DNA of 49,960 nt, filler included, from Catajapyx aquilonaris (lineage: Eukaryota), in assembly GCA_000934665.2 (NCBI GenBank). It is 3 parts of 3 records of this genome, joined end to end, with 100 filler letters (N's around TTAATTAATTAA, not from the genome) between each part and the next. Parts side by side here need not be neighbours in the genome. Positions count along the whole stretch, not along the records: positions 1 to 16,596 come from JYFJ02007155.1; positions 16,697 to 33,298 come from KZ539650.1; 1 more part is not named here. One strand, written 5' to 3'. The translations under genes were made by a program, and so were the position numbers. The notes beneath the pieces are model-generated. The model had not been told where the DNA came from, made no database searches, and saw only the letters and a list, made by a program, of their open reading frames with translations. Below are positions 11,700-23,200 of this stretch, piece after piece (within the stretch, counting starts at the first letter, position 1; every line of letters begins with the position of its first letter).

Positions 11700-12600
11700 T
11701 TAAAATAAGTACGTTGTCACAAAATATTCATTAGCAATAGGATATTAGACATCAGCAGGCTAAAATACTGCTACTGGAAAGAAGCGGCTTTCCATGCTTG
11801 ACCCAGAGATATAAGAACTATTCTGCCCCCTGAGCGGTTCACCCGCAACACGTTAAATACAGTGCCAAATAACGTCGACTAGGTTATGGGAGGATTTTTA
11901 AATGTCATGCGGGTGAACCGCTCAGGGGGCACGAACCAGTCTTATATCTATGGGTCCAGCATGGAAAGCCGCTTCTTTTAAAGACATGTAACTTAAAAAT
12001 CGCTCCAGTCCTATATTGAAAAAATGACCTCAAAGATGACCAAATTATGTGAAAGTGGGCATTTAAGGATTTATTATTATTCCAAGACTGTTTGACTTGA
12101 GAAGTTGTTCTTCTACAGTAGTAGTGACCAGACGACCACGTACTTACCATATGAATACCACACTCTTAGCATATGTTTAACAACGAGGAGCATAGGAAAT
12201 CCCAGAATAATCCATGTTATTTTGAGCTGTATTTAAAAATTTGCTGCGTGTGAAGCGCTCAGGGGGCACGAACCATTCTTATATCGATATGTCAATCATA
12301 CAACGACGCTTCTTGTAACTCGTGTTGCTTAAAAATCGGTCCAGTCCCACATTGAGAAAAATGACCTCAAAGATGACCACCCTACAGAAAAATGGAATCT
12401 CAGGATTTATTATTTCCAACACTGCTTGACCTGTATTGTTTTCCTTATACAGTAGTAAGGACCACATGACAATGTATCTAACATATTAATTTAACACTCC
12501 TAGCAAGCTCCTAGCATGTGTTTAACAGTGACATTGGGCCATCGGAAATGTGCCATTTTTGCACAATAATTCGAACTTTTTTAGAATTTATATTTTGCGT
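11700..12600. repeat. Complex inverted and tandem-duplicated non-coding repeat
   Basis: GCCCCCTGAGCGGTTCACCCGC (11825) is inverted at 11909-11930; segment ~11920-12230 is repeated directly at ~12257-12580. Confidence 0.6.
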
Positions 12601-13336
12601 TCTAGGTTAAAACTGTTTCCACCACAATATTCCTCATTTCATTCCGGTTCATTTGATATATATGATCACGGGGTTACAACAAGGACCCTACCTGAAATAA
12701 ATTGTCAGTCCGGCTCCATTGTTGCCGAAAGACGTTGCCATATCTCCGTGGGATTTTCACCTGGGTGGCTCTAATTTCGTTTTTAGCAACAGCTCGTGTG
12801 TGTACGCACATTATATCAAATTCTGAGATGGCAGAGCCACCAACTTGTCTGTATTGACATGGAATGACCCTGCTAATTTTCTATCATGGCTTTTTAGCCT
12901 TCACACAGCATCTCGGGTCCGAACCATCCTTGCAGGGCTCATCCCCCCAAAAGTGCAAAAAAGGCACAAGGCTGGATGTTTTTAAACGTTTTAATAAGCT
13001 TAAAAGTGTGGTATGCAAATGTCTTTGATAGTGTGAGGCGCTCTTTTGATTTTTCAGATCAACGCCTAAATTCAGCAAGAGATTGTTCTATTAATTTTTT
13101 GATGGTTAATATATTGGTCCAATTGGGAGCTGACAGGTCCCTCTTCAAAGTGGCTTTGTATGTTACTTTTCAAATAATATGCTTCCCTAAACACGTTCTG
13201 GCAAACTCTATAAAACAATATTATTTCTCTTCTTTGCAGACTTGAATGTGAGCATTCAATGTTTCAAACCAAACATCTTTTCTGTCACTTCTGGCAACTT
13301 TATGATTTCTCTCCTCTCTGTTCTCATTCGTGATAT

Positions 13337-15235
13337 TTAATGTTCTGATTTAATATTTTCTGGCACACTGGACAGCTCTGGTTTTCCCACAGTGTGTCTT
13401 CGCATGTGAACTTTCAAATTCCCTGCCTGTGAAAACTTTTTCTGACACACACAACATGTAAATGGTTTCTCACCTGTATGTGTTTGCAGGTGAAGTTTAA
13501 GATTACTTGTCTGTGAAAACGTTTTCTGACACACATGGCATTGAAATGGTTTCTCACCTGTGTGTGTTCGCATGTGAACTTTTAACTCAGATGCGCATGA
13601 AACCTTTTTCTGGCACACATGGCATTGAAATGGATTCTCACCTGTATGTGTTTGCATGTGACGTTTAAGATGACTTGCCCGTGAAAGCCTTTTCTGACAC
13701 ACTGGGCATTTAAATGGTTTCTCGCCTGTGTGTGTTCGGATGTGAAGTTTAAGTTGACTTGCCAGTGAAAACTTTTTCTGACACACACAGCATGTAAATG
13801 GTCTCTCACCTGTATGTGTTTGCATGTGAACTTTAAGATTCCTTGCCCGTGAAAATTGTTTCTGACACACACAGCATGTAAATGGTTTCTCACCTGGGTG
13901 TGTTTGCATGTGAAGTTGAAGATGACTTTCCCGTGAAAACTTTTTCTGACACACAGAGCATGTAAATGGTTTCTCACCTGCATGTGTTTGCATGTGACCT
14001 TTAAGATGACTTGCCTGTGAAAACTTTTTCTGACACACTGGGCATTTAAATGGTTTCTCACCTGTGTGTGTTCGGATATGAACTTTTAAATCAGATGCAT
14101 ATGAACACGTTTTCTGACACACACAGCATGTAAATGGTTTCTCACCTGTGTGTGTTTGCATGTGACATTTAAGATGACTTCCCAGTGAAAACTTTTTCTG
14201 ACACACATGGCATTTAAATGGTTTCTCACCTGTATGTGTTTGCATGTGACGTTTAAGATTCCTTGCCTCTGAAAACTTTGTCTGACACACACAGCATGTA
14301 AATGGTTTCTCACCTGTATGTGTTTGCATGTGACGTTTAAGATGACTTCCCAGTGAAAACTTTTTCTGACACACATGGCATTTAAATGGTTTCTCACCTG
14401 TATGTGCTTGCATGTGAACTTTAAGACGACTTGCCTGTGAAAACTTTTTCTGACACACACAGCATGTAAATGGTTTCTCACCTGTATGTGTTTGCATGTG
14501 AAATTTAAGTTGACTTGACTGTGAAAACTTTTTCTGACACACACAGCATGTAAATGGTTTCTCCCCAGTGTGTGTTCGCATGTGACATTTAAGACGACTT
14601 CCCAGTGAAAACTTTTTCTGACACACACAGCATGTAAATGGTTTCTCACCTGTATGTGTTTGCATGTGAAGTTTAAGATGACTTGCCCGTGAAAACTCTT
14701 TCTGACACACTGGGCATTTAAATGGTTTCTCACCTGTGTGTGTTCGGATGTGAACTTTTAAATCAGCTGCATATGAAAACGTTTTCTGACACACTTGACA
14801 TTTAAACGGTTTCTCACCTGTATGTGTTTGCATGTGAACTTTAAGATTCCTTGCCCGTGAAAACTTTTTCTGACACACACAGCATGTAAATGGTTTCTCA
14901 CCTGGGTGTGTTTGCATGTGAAGTTGAAGATGACTTTCCCGTGAAAACTTTTTCTGACACACATGGCAATTAAATGTTTTTTTCCCAGTGTGGCTTCGCA
15001 TGTGAATTTTTAAATTCCCTGCCTGCGAAAACTTTCTATGGCCCACCTGGCAACTGAAGGGCTTCCCATCTGCATGTCTTCGCATGTGAATTTCCAAATG
15101 AGCAGCTTGACGAAACTCCCTCTGGCAAATGTCACATTCAAGCATCTTCTTCTTACTCACACGTTTCCTCCGAAAATTACCTTGCACTTGAGCCTCCTTC
15201 TTTCCATTTCTATCACATGTTTCCACTTTTGCTTC
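13337..15235 (-). CDS. C2H2 zinc-finger gene 2, terminal exon with 21 tandem fingers (finger 2 has Cys->Gly)
   Basis: Uninterrupted ORF of 84-bp repeats with TGEKPF linkers; acceptor TTTATCTTTCAG at 15236, in frame (EAKVETCDRNGK...); stop TAA. Confidence 0.93.
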   Translation of the reverse strand, partial: EAKVETCDRNGKKEAQVQGNFRRKRVSKKKMLECDICQREFRQAAHLEIHMRRHADGKPFSCQVGHRKFSQAGNLKIHMRSHTGKKTFNCHVCQKKFSRESHLQLHMQTHPGEKPFTCCVCQKKFSRARNLKVHMQTHTGEKPFKCQVCQKTFSYAADLKVHIRTHTGEKPFKCPVCQKEFSRASHLKLHMQTHTGEKPFTCCVCQKKFSLGSRLKCHMRTHTGEKPFTCCVCQKKFSQSSQLKFHMQTHTGEKPFTCCVCQKKFSQASRLKVHMQAHTGEKPFKCHVCQKKFSLGSHLKRHMQTHTGEKPFTCCVCQTKFSEARNLKRHMQTHTGEKPFKCHVCQKKFSLGSHLKCHMQTHTGEKPFTCCVCQKTCSYASDLKVHIRTHTGEKPFKCPVCQKKFSQASHLKGHMQTHAGEKPFTCSVCQKKFSRESHLQLHMQTHPGEKPFTCCVCQKQFSRARNLKVHMQTHTGERPFTCCVCQKKFSLASQLKLHIRTHTGEKPFKCPVCQKRLSRASHLKRHMQTHTGENPFQCHVCQKKVSCASELKVHMRTHTGEKPFQCHVCQKTFSQTSNLKLHLQTHTGEKPFTCCVCQKKFSQAGNLKVHMRRHTVGKPELSSVPENIKSEH

Positions 15236-15926
15236 CTGAAAGATAAATTACATGCATCCATCACTTACTGTTTCATAAAATGGAAGGGGCCACCGAACCA
15301 ACTTACATGTTTGCAATAGTATGCTATATGCACAACCAACCATCAGAGATTCTACATGGTGCAATAGAAGTCATTCTCTACTTTAATTTTATTGCTGACC
15401 AATTAATAATACTGCAGATTAAAAATATAGCACTCATAACTTCATTGTCTTTTCTAAAATATGCTCGCAAGTTACACGTTTGCCCTGACATTGACAACAT
15501 TTGCTGAGGACAGCAACTGTGTAATTCCTGTTCACTAATTCTATGGGGTGTTTGTAAACAACCGATTCGCACAGTGCAGCCAGTATTGCAAAATCAGAAG
15601 TCTTTCACATCAAGTTTAATGAATGGCAAGATCTCAAAATTCTGCCTGATGTAACCACTGTTACATTTTTTAAAAACCTTCCTGCAAGTTACAGACACCA
15701 GCAGCAATTCGATAAAATTCAATCAATGTGCAACTTCACAACAGCTGAACCCAAATACCTCACTTGGTAATGGGCTACTTCATCTCCAATCCTTTCTTAC
15801 ACTTTTCTTATTCACCTATTGTGCACCTTTTGCACCGAAAATCTTGGATTTACAGAAAAAAAAATTGTGTCCCAAATTATTTTATAACCTACTTGCTAGA
15901 AACATTAACATGCAATTATGCTGTAC

Positions 15927-16049
15927 CCTGCTCTGTGGAGTGCGGTGTTCCCTCATCTGATGGCGTTCCAGGTGCACCTTTGTTGCAAATGGTTTCATGC
16001 AGTCATCGCAAAAGAGGAGATCGGTCATATTGACAGAGGTGATCTTCGC
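15927..16049 (-). CDS. Upstream exon of zinc-finger gene 2 carrying one isolated C2H2 finger
   Basis: Strong acceptor TTTTTCTTCTTTGCTTCCTCAG; 123 nt encode AKITSVNMTDLLFCDDCMKPFATKVHLERHQMREHRTPQSR; phase-0 donor AGG|GTACAG fits the phase-0 acceptor at 15235; possible ATG at 16028. Confidence 0.8.
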
Positions 16050-16596
16050 CTGAGGAAGCAAAGAAGAAAAAAACACACCACATGAGGGTCTAAGAATCCT
16101 GGTAATCAATTTTGGCCATTTTTAGTTGGGAAGTATTATCACAGCAGGAGGAGGCAATTAACACTACAACTAAGTTGACATTCTACATGTGAATTATACA
16201 TGGGAAAGATGTGGAATATACTGTTGTTGTATGATAATACCCACCATTCATCTATCACGAAAGCAGAGAAGCCCTGGCCTTACAGAGATTTGTATGTCAT
16301 ATCACTATCCTTCTGCCAGTGTATTTCCTTGTAGTCCAGGCAATGAAGGGGGTGTAGACGGAAATGACGGGACGGCAAGAATTGACCTCAGGGATTTGTT
16401 TGGACTAGTTAGGAGGTAAACATACTAAAAGTCCCGGGACCTAGGAGGTGAGGCTAAGGGGGGAGGGGGGGAAGAAGGTACGGTTTTTTGGTTTTTATAT
16501 TATCCTCCTCGGACCCCTGGCATTGCAGGCAATACAAAATTTAAACTTCGTTTTGCTCGGGCGCGATCGCAGTTAGAAGCGCCATTTTCGGCAAGA

Positions 16597-16696
16597 NNNN
16601 NNNNNNNNNNNNNNNNNNNNNNNNNNNNNNNNNNNNNNNNTTAATTAATTAANNNNNNNNNNNNNNNNNNNNNNNNNNNNNNNNNNNNNNNNNNNN
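16597..16696. other. Artificial contig linker N44-TTAATTAATTAA-N44
   Basis: 100-nt spacer with a core giving stops in all six frames; identical copy at 33299-33398. Confidence 0.95.
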
Positions 16697-17114
16697 ACCC
16701 AGAGATCTTACTTCCGCATTTAACGTTTTACAAGATGTCAGGTTAGAAATTGTCTAAAAGATCCAGAGTCTAATAAACCATTCTGTTAACCAAATAACAT
16801 CCTAGCCCCCCAACTAATCGATTAACCAATAAATCAATCAACCAACCAGCACCTCATTTAATCAATGGAACAACAAAGAAAAAATCAACCCTCCGAACAA
16901 CCAATCTCCAACCAACCAGACAATAAGTAATCACTTACTGTTAGCAAGTCATAAGTATTTAACCAATCATCATTCAAAAAACCAGCCTGTAAACCCTCGG
17001 GAATACTATTCTCAGCCCTACAATCACTAATAGGGCCTACTAACACCCAGCACAAAGATGACTTGATCAACACCATCTTGTAAAACGTTAAATGCGGAAG
17101 TAAGATCTCTGGGT
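16697..17114. mobile_element. Inverted-repeat element with ~41-bp arms
   Basis: ACCCAGAGATCTTACTTCCGCATTTAACGTTTTACAAGATG versus CATCTTGTAAAACGTTAAATGCGGAAGTAAGATCTCTGGGT; AACCAA-rich interior. Confidence 0.75.
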
Positions 17115-17239
17115 TGCATTTACCCATATGGTGAAGATCTTACGCAGCCCAGTCTTGTTTCAGTAATTTCTATCCGTCACTTAGATCTTACTTTCCTTTT
17201 TTTTTACAATTCCATAGGGATTGTTTTTTGTGATAATTT

Positions 17240-18130
17240 GATATGCACCAAGTCCCATATCCAGTTCATGCCCCGTTCAGGGGAGATTGCAATAGGATTA
17301 GTGCAAGATTGCGGTTCGGGACTTTTCTTGGTGCCCAGTGAGAGGGATAAGAACGTGAAGTACACGGTGGATATGGATGTTTGCATTTGTGAATGCGTTG
17401 CCGGACGGAATGGAGCTCTCTGCAAGCACATGTCGGCTACTGTTTTGGAAAAATTTCCTGGCAAGTTCTTCCCTCCTAATGAAGCGAACGAATCTGTCAG
17501 GACAACAATGTTCAAGGTAGCTGATTGCAATGACCCACGGCCCGGGTGGCTAAAGATGGAGCTGAAAAAGACACAGCCATCAGGAACACCTGCTGCATCT
17601 GTGACATACGTTAGTGCAGGCACTTCTCCGGAAGAAAATGGATCTCATCACATGATGTGAATGAGAAGGAGGAGGAGGAGGAGGAGGAGTACACAACATC
17701 TCTAGCTGCAGATGAGGCCATTAAGACTGTATTGGAACGGTTCAATGCTATGAGGCAGAGCTCCCCCGAAGCCTTTGATGAAGGTAGAATTAAATTTGTC
17801 GCAAATGCTACCAAATTTTGCAAAACCGATACATCCTTCATTTCCGCCTTACATAACTTTGGCAAAGACAGCCATCATTATGTCATCAGGCAAGGACACA
17901 AGAAGAGGGGCCGTATCCCTGTGCAGCCAACGGCAGTGGCGAGGCGGAAGCGCGCGGTGTGCCCTTTCAGGGAGGAGGGTTGCAGCTACAGGCAGACCAC
18001 CAAAAGCTGCAATCCGCCTCATGATTATGCTATCATGGGCAAGGAGAAGGGCAAGGGCAAGGGCAAGGGTCCTCCAAGGACCCATTCACTGAGCAAAAGT
18101 GTTGATGCGAATGTGGGCCTGGGTAAATAA
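17240..18130 (+). mobile_element. 5'-truncated, frameshifted SWIM zinc-finger ORF, likely the C-terminus of a Mutator-like transposase
   Basis: SWIM motif YTVDMDVCICECVAGRNGALCKH (CxC...CxH), then SALHNFG...GRIPVQPTAVARRK...GRP...HSLSKSV spread over shifted frames; no introns seen. Confidence 0.7.
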
Positions 18131-18975
18131 AAATAAAGCTCTGGAACAAATTGTTTTGATGTTCATGAATATTAACCCTGGAACCGTGACGTGGGGTCTT
18201 ATTTTGGGTGGGGTTTATTTTGAATTAGCGATCATTTTAGGCATTGTTCAAAGAATGATAGCGCCTCCATGAAGCCAGAGTCACAGTCAGCAGCAGCACT
18301 TCACCAAAAGGCGGGAAAAACGCAGCATGCAATGATTGCTATTAAAGTCGATTAAAGTGGTCTTCACTGGATCCGCAATTTCTGTTGTAATTCTTCACAT
18401 TAAACTTTAAAGCAGGGATTCCTAAATCTGCCCTTTCATGTGGATGAATGACGTCACTTCCGCTCCTGGGATGAGCCATTTGCGTTTCGAAACTATGCGT
18501 ACGCGGGTGACAGATAGAAGCGGCAACGCAGCAAAGGTCCGGGCCAATTATAGCGTAGCAATGTGACGTCATTGCCGGGTGGATTCGAATGATTCGATTT
18601 TTATATTATAATTATAACTATATAAACTAATATAACGGTTCTGACGTCTGACAAACACCCCCGCCAAACGAAAATCCTGTGTGAGCCATTGTGAAAACCA
18701 TCATACTAACTTGCACTCATATTTCGCGGTCGTATGCAACCGTATCTCGCTACCGTAAACAACGCAGTGTTGCCACTGCCTCNGAGGGGAAAGGGGGAGA
18801 CAGGGGAAAGGGGGAGACGCTTGTTCCACGTCACCGCCCAACGGCTTTGTTCCACCTGGCAATCTGGGAAGAACATGGCCTAGGCCTCGCTCCCCGCTCC
18901 AGTTTGGCTACACAGCGTTTCCTTGCCCGAGACTCCCTTGTTCCAACACGGACGGCCATATTGATCTCCTCCAGC

Positions 18976-19012
18976 ATGCCGCCGAAGGGACCTAAGCCCA
19001 AGTTTCGGGAAG
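18976..19012 (+). CDS. MRG15: MRG15-family gene, exon 1 (MPPKGPKPKFREG)
   Basis: Matches the MRG15 N-terminus (PKPKFQEG); CpG-rich upstream region; donor AAG|GTACGT, phase 1. Confidence 0.85.
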
Positions 19013-21507
19013 GTACGTGCGTTCTTTAGGGCTCGAAAGTGCTGGCTGCAGAATAGAACAATTTATGGAGGCCATGTTTTGCTCCCCCCTTCCCTTTCCC
19101 CCCAAACGTCCCCATCTTCCATTGACCTGGCTGGTGCATGAGACCGATTTTTTTTTCATTTAACAAAGTTGCCCATGATGGAACAGAGTATTGTTGGGGA
19201 AGCAAGGTTTTCCCATTATTAATTGAGTCTTAGGAGTCAGGAATGCGAGACATTCCTTAACAGCTTCTGCCTTCACAAGCTTGTGAGAACCGAAATGTCG
19301 AATGGAGTTCGAAAATTGGCGTCTTGCTCTCATTCTTTTGATGTGGGTGATTCATCCAAGCTTTGGAGCACCTGAATGTTTCAGAAAGTGCGTATGGGAA
19401 TTTCTGACAACCTGCATGCTTATCAGGGGTGATTAGGGCTGAACCTAAGAGGTGTAGGAAATGCATTGCAGAATGAGGAACCATGTGGAGGTGGCCATTT
19501 AGGCAGACTGACCGTGGCTCTGGGCCACTGGCAGGTGTTATTCCAGTGGTGGTCATCAAATAGCATGAGGCACTACTGAGACATACTTTCAGCATCATTT
19601 GGCATCAGGAATAATTACTGTTATCCAGCTACAGTGCTTGAACCAGTATTTGTGCAACTTGGGTGCCAATTGAGGTGACTATGTTAATTTGTTTAAATCG
19701 ATAGCTATGTACATTCCATGAACACCATTTAGGTTTTTCAACAATATGGTCTATGATTCCATGGGTGCATGAATTGACAGGAGTGAGCATCTGCAGATTT
19801 TACCTATACCAATTTGATCGCAATGTTGAAGCACACTGTGTATTATTCAGCAGAGTTCTCTTTCTCAGGTCTATTAATAAGAAATCATACTGCAACGTTT
19901 CACTGTTGTCATAATATTTCTGTCATAAAATTGTATGTATGGTCTCTAAAAAAAGGCAATACCAATGGGGCTAAATGAGTGCTTGTATTGAGCTCTCTCT
20001 GTCTCTCTTTCTCTCACCCCCCCCCCTCTCTCTCTCTTTGCTGTACTTGCATGGCTTATTAGTTACTACTGTATTACCTCACTTAAAGCGACATGGCGGT
20101 ATAAAACGAGGTCAACCAGCATGCCGGTACAACCAGGGGGTGGCCAGCATGCCGCAATACCCGAGGTAGATTTCCATAAGTTTTATCCTAGTCAGATTTT
20201 TGGAATGGATCTGATACTGTACTGAAATAATTTTACATTGAAAAATGTGCAGGTACAGGTCGTGAGAATATGCAGTTCATCTGTTGCACAGGGCATAGAG
20301 TGTGACCAATCTGACTGTCAGCCTGCTCTGAGAGGGGAACCCCCCTAAACATTACAAAGGATCTGCAAATGATCAAGGCAAATTCCTGCAGTCCTTTGTT
20401 TTCCTATCAATAGTCGCTGATCGCAGATCTCGTTGGTAATCTGAGATCACTTTGCGTAGTGGTATCAATTTGTCTGAGAAGCCTTGTCATCACTCAGATA
20501 AAATCCAAACCAAATGTATGACATATCCTGGTAGGTATGCTTCCCTTCTAGCAGCCTTGAAAATGTTCCCGTAAAATTTGAACTTAACGAATGATCTAAT
20601 GGGATGTGTCAGGCGATAGAAGTGTCCTGGGCTGTATCCGTACCCTAGAACACTTAATGCATTCCTTTGAGTGATAATAAGTTTCATAATCGTAAGAAAA
20701 CCTCTCCTTATTCCAGCAGGCCTCGCTTAGACTGGGAAGCTGGTATAGTCACCAGATCGTGCATTTCTAAAAACTGGTTGACGTGGACTACACTGGCATG
20801 CTGCTGTAAGGGGGGGATAAAGACAATTGGGGAGTAAAAATCTCGCTAACTAACAACCAAAGAATCGATTTTTTTTTTTTGTGGAAGTGTAACTGACCTG
20901 TCCCTTACACATGAGTGTGGTACTTTTCTCAAATTCTTAATAACATGTAGGATTTTTAAAAGACATTTGCATACAGGAGTAATTTACGCCATCGTGAAAT
21001 TTTAAGTGATGTAACAAGCACCCAAAAATGCACAAAAAATTGGTGCTCCTGACCAATGAAGCCGATGTTTATGTTTAGCTGTAACCTTTCGGCAAATAAT
21101 AATTTTATCAAAATTTCACAGATTTGAGAACTACTAGAAGTTGGGGGAACCAGGGAACCCTAATTTTCACGGTTTTTATTGTACCTAGAGGGAATGGTCA
21201 ACCGCATATTTTGTGTAGGGAGGGTGGGATCCAGTGTCTCCTCTTTCGGCCAGATTTGTAACTCGAAGAAGTCCGGATTCTCTATATCCCCACCCTAAGT
21301 GAGGTAATACGGTACACTAAAAGTAACTAAATCACACTATGACTAACCACATTTCCAACCATGCACGAGCATGGGATACAGCCTTTCATAAGATGTTTGG
21401 ACCGAGATGGAAATCATGGCCACATTAATTTGAATAGACGCCATGTTGCCATTTTGTGGCTCATTTGCATTTATTGAAAATTGACTCGTACGTATATTAC
21501 TTTTCAG

Positions 21508-21622
21508 GCGAGAGAATCCCATGCGCTGATGGCGCATTAATGTTTGAAGCAAAAGTCCTGGAGGTCCACCCGAAGGTTGCACACATTTGGTACGCCGTTC
21601 GTTTTCCTGGATGGGGCAAGCG
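21508..21622 (+). CDS. MRG15: MRG15-family gene, exon 2 (chromo-barrel: ERIPCADGALMFEAKVLEV...YAVRFPGWGKR)
   Basis: Acceptor TTACTTTTCAG, donor GTAAGT, phases 1/2 consistent; aligns to ERVLCFHGPLLYEAK...YFIHYSGWNK. Confidence 0.85.
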
Positions 21623-21667
21623 GTAAGTTGACTGATATGTTCTGACTGAGTGAATGTGCTGACTAAA

Positions 21668-21912
21668 TGAAGAGTCCAGGGGAAAAAGGGGGAATGTCAC
21701 AAAAAATGTTCGTGAGAAATCGAAGAAATTGCTTTATTTCTTCGCGCGTATAAGGAATAATAAGGATATCTTCACGCCATTATATGCAACTGTCCCCCTT
21801 GTACCCATGGAAAGCCTCCAGGTATAAGTGGCACCTACGCGACTATTGTACTGTGCACTTGGCAGGAACCCCAATGGAATTTGACATTCCCCCTTTTCCC
21901 CCTGGACTCTTC
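21668..21912. mobile_element. MITE filling most of intron 2 of the MRG15-like gene
   Basis: TGAAGAGTCCAGGGGAAAAAGGGGGAATGTCA versus TGACATTCCCCCTTTTCCCCCTGGACTCTTCA. Confidence 0.8.
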
Positions 21913-21936
21913 AAATGTATGCACACTCTCTTGCAG

Positions 21937-22032
21937 ATGGGATAGCTGGGTTACGGAGGATCAGCTATTGACATGGAATGCTGATAATCTGAAGAAGCAA
22001 CGTGAATTCCAGCAGTCCCACGGAGCCCACAG
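21937..22032 (+). CDS. MRG15: MRG15-family gene, exon 3 (WDSWVTEDQLLTWNADNLKKQREFQQSHGAH)
   Basis: Acceptor CTCTCTTGCAG, donor CAG|GTAAGT, phases 2/2; aligns to WDEWVPESRVLKY...NLQKQREL. Confidence 0.88.
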
Positions 22033-23200
22033 GTAAGTAAACATCTGCTGCAACCCTTTACATGTGATGTGTTTTTTATCTTGAGAATTTATTAGTCAAA
22101 TCCACTTCCTGATTTAGGCCCCAAAAATCTTGAACATGAGATTTTTCAAGGCTATAGAATTGCTCATTAAAATAAGGGCAACATCCACTTCAAATTTTTG
22201 GTGAGAAAAGTGAATTTAAAATGCTAAAACATTTATCCTTTCTTACCACACCAGTTTATGTATTAGAAAATGGATTATTATTGTTGTTGTTCAAATAGTG
22301 CTTTTTCCCCTGAGTGGGTAATCTCATGGAATCCCTCCTGAGACTTAGCCAGAGATGAACCAAATCTACAAGAGATGAAAGGGGCTGCATATTCTCCACT
22401 TGGTGTTTTCTACGAATTGACAAAGCATTAATTATTTAGTGATACAGACAATTCTTGTGGTTCGACAGACAATTTCAGTAGTACAAAGCTTTTCATTGAA
22501 ATCTATTCTATAGCCTTGAATGTGGCATGATGGAGACAGGCTTGTGGCTAGTGCGAATGGGAACCTTGGGTGACATCAGAATGATAGCACAATCGGTGAA
22601 AATTTCATTCCTCACCACTTGACCATTTTTGGCACAACTGCCTGAAGGGCAACAGTATAATAATGGGCTTTTGCAGATTGCAATCTAAGAGTTCTGCTAT
22701 AATATGCATACCAAGAGAAACAACTCCCTATCCCAGAGCTATTCAACTGGCGGACCGCAACTGAATTTTGTCAGGACTGTGACAATATCCAGGACAGTTT
22801 GAAATAGCATGATAAATTAGTAATTCATGATTTTTTGGAAAAAGGGCTACCAATTTCATCAAATACACACCCATTCAAATCTCCCACATTCACCTAAGCT
22901 CGTGTGACCTTGAACCCCCAACAAATTTAGCCAGCGGCGGGCTCATTCCCCCGCCCTTAACGGCTTGTTCACCTTGTGCTTACGAAATCGGCCCCTCTCC
23001 GAAATTCTTCTGCCTACGCGACTGTACAGGACATCATAAAGGGCGGAAATGTCTTAATATGCCCTGTCCTGATAGGCCCTTCTACCCTTACTGCACATGT
23101 TTCTATTTTCGAATATGAACCCTGTGGTACCATATAAAATCTATATATTTTTACCTGGGGGGGGGGGGTGTCCGGTCCTTCAATGGCCCAGGAAAGGTAA

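Noticed and set aside
13582..14964. Alternative-frame repetitive ORFs, and the 84-bp repeat as a CRISPR array
   Set aside because: The units are coding zinc fingers with no repeat-spacer structure, no cas genes and a eukaryotic context.
16535..16596. AAAATGGCG start (MALLTAIAPEQNE) as first coding exon of ZF gene 2
   Set aside because: Promoter-like and phase-compatible, but the donor (GTTTAA) is weak and the contig ends here; unresolved.
16641..16652. TTAATTAATTAA as a biological motif
   Set aside because: Sits in the centre of N runs twice; it is an assembly spacer.
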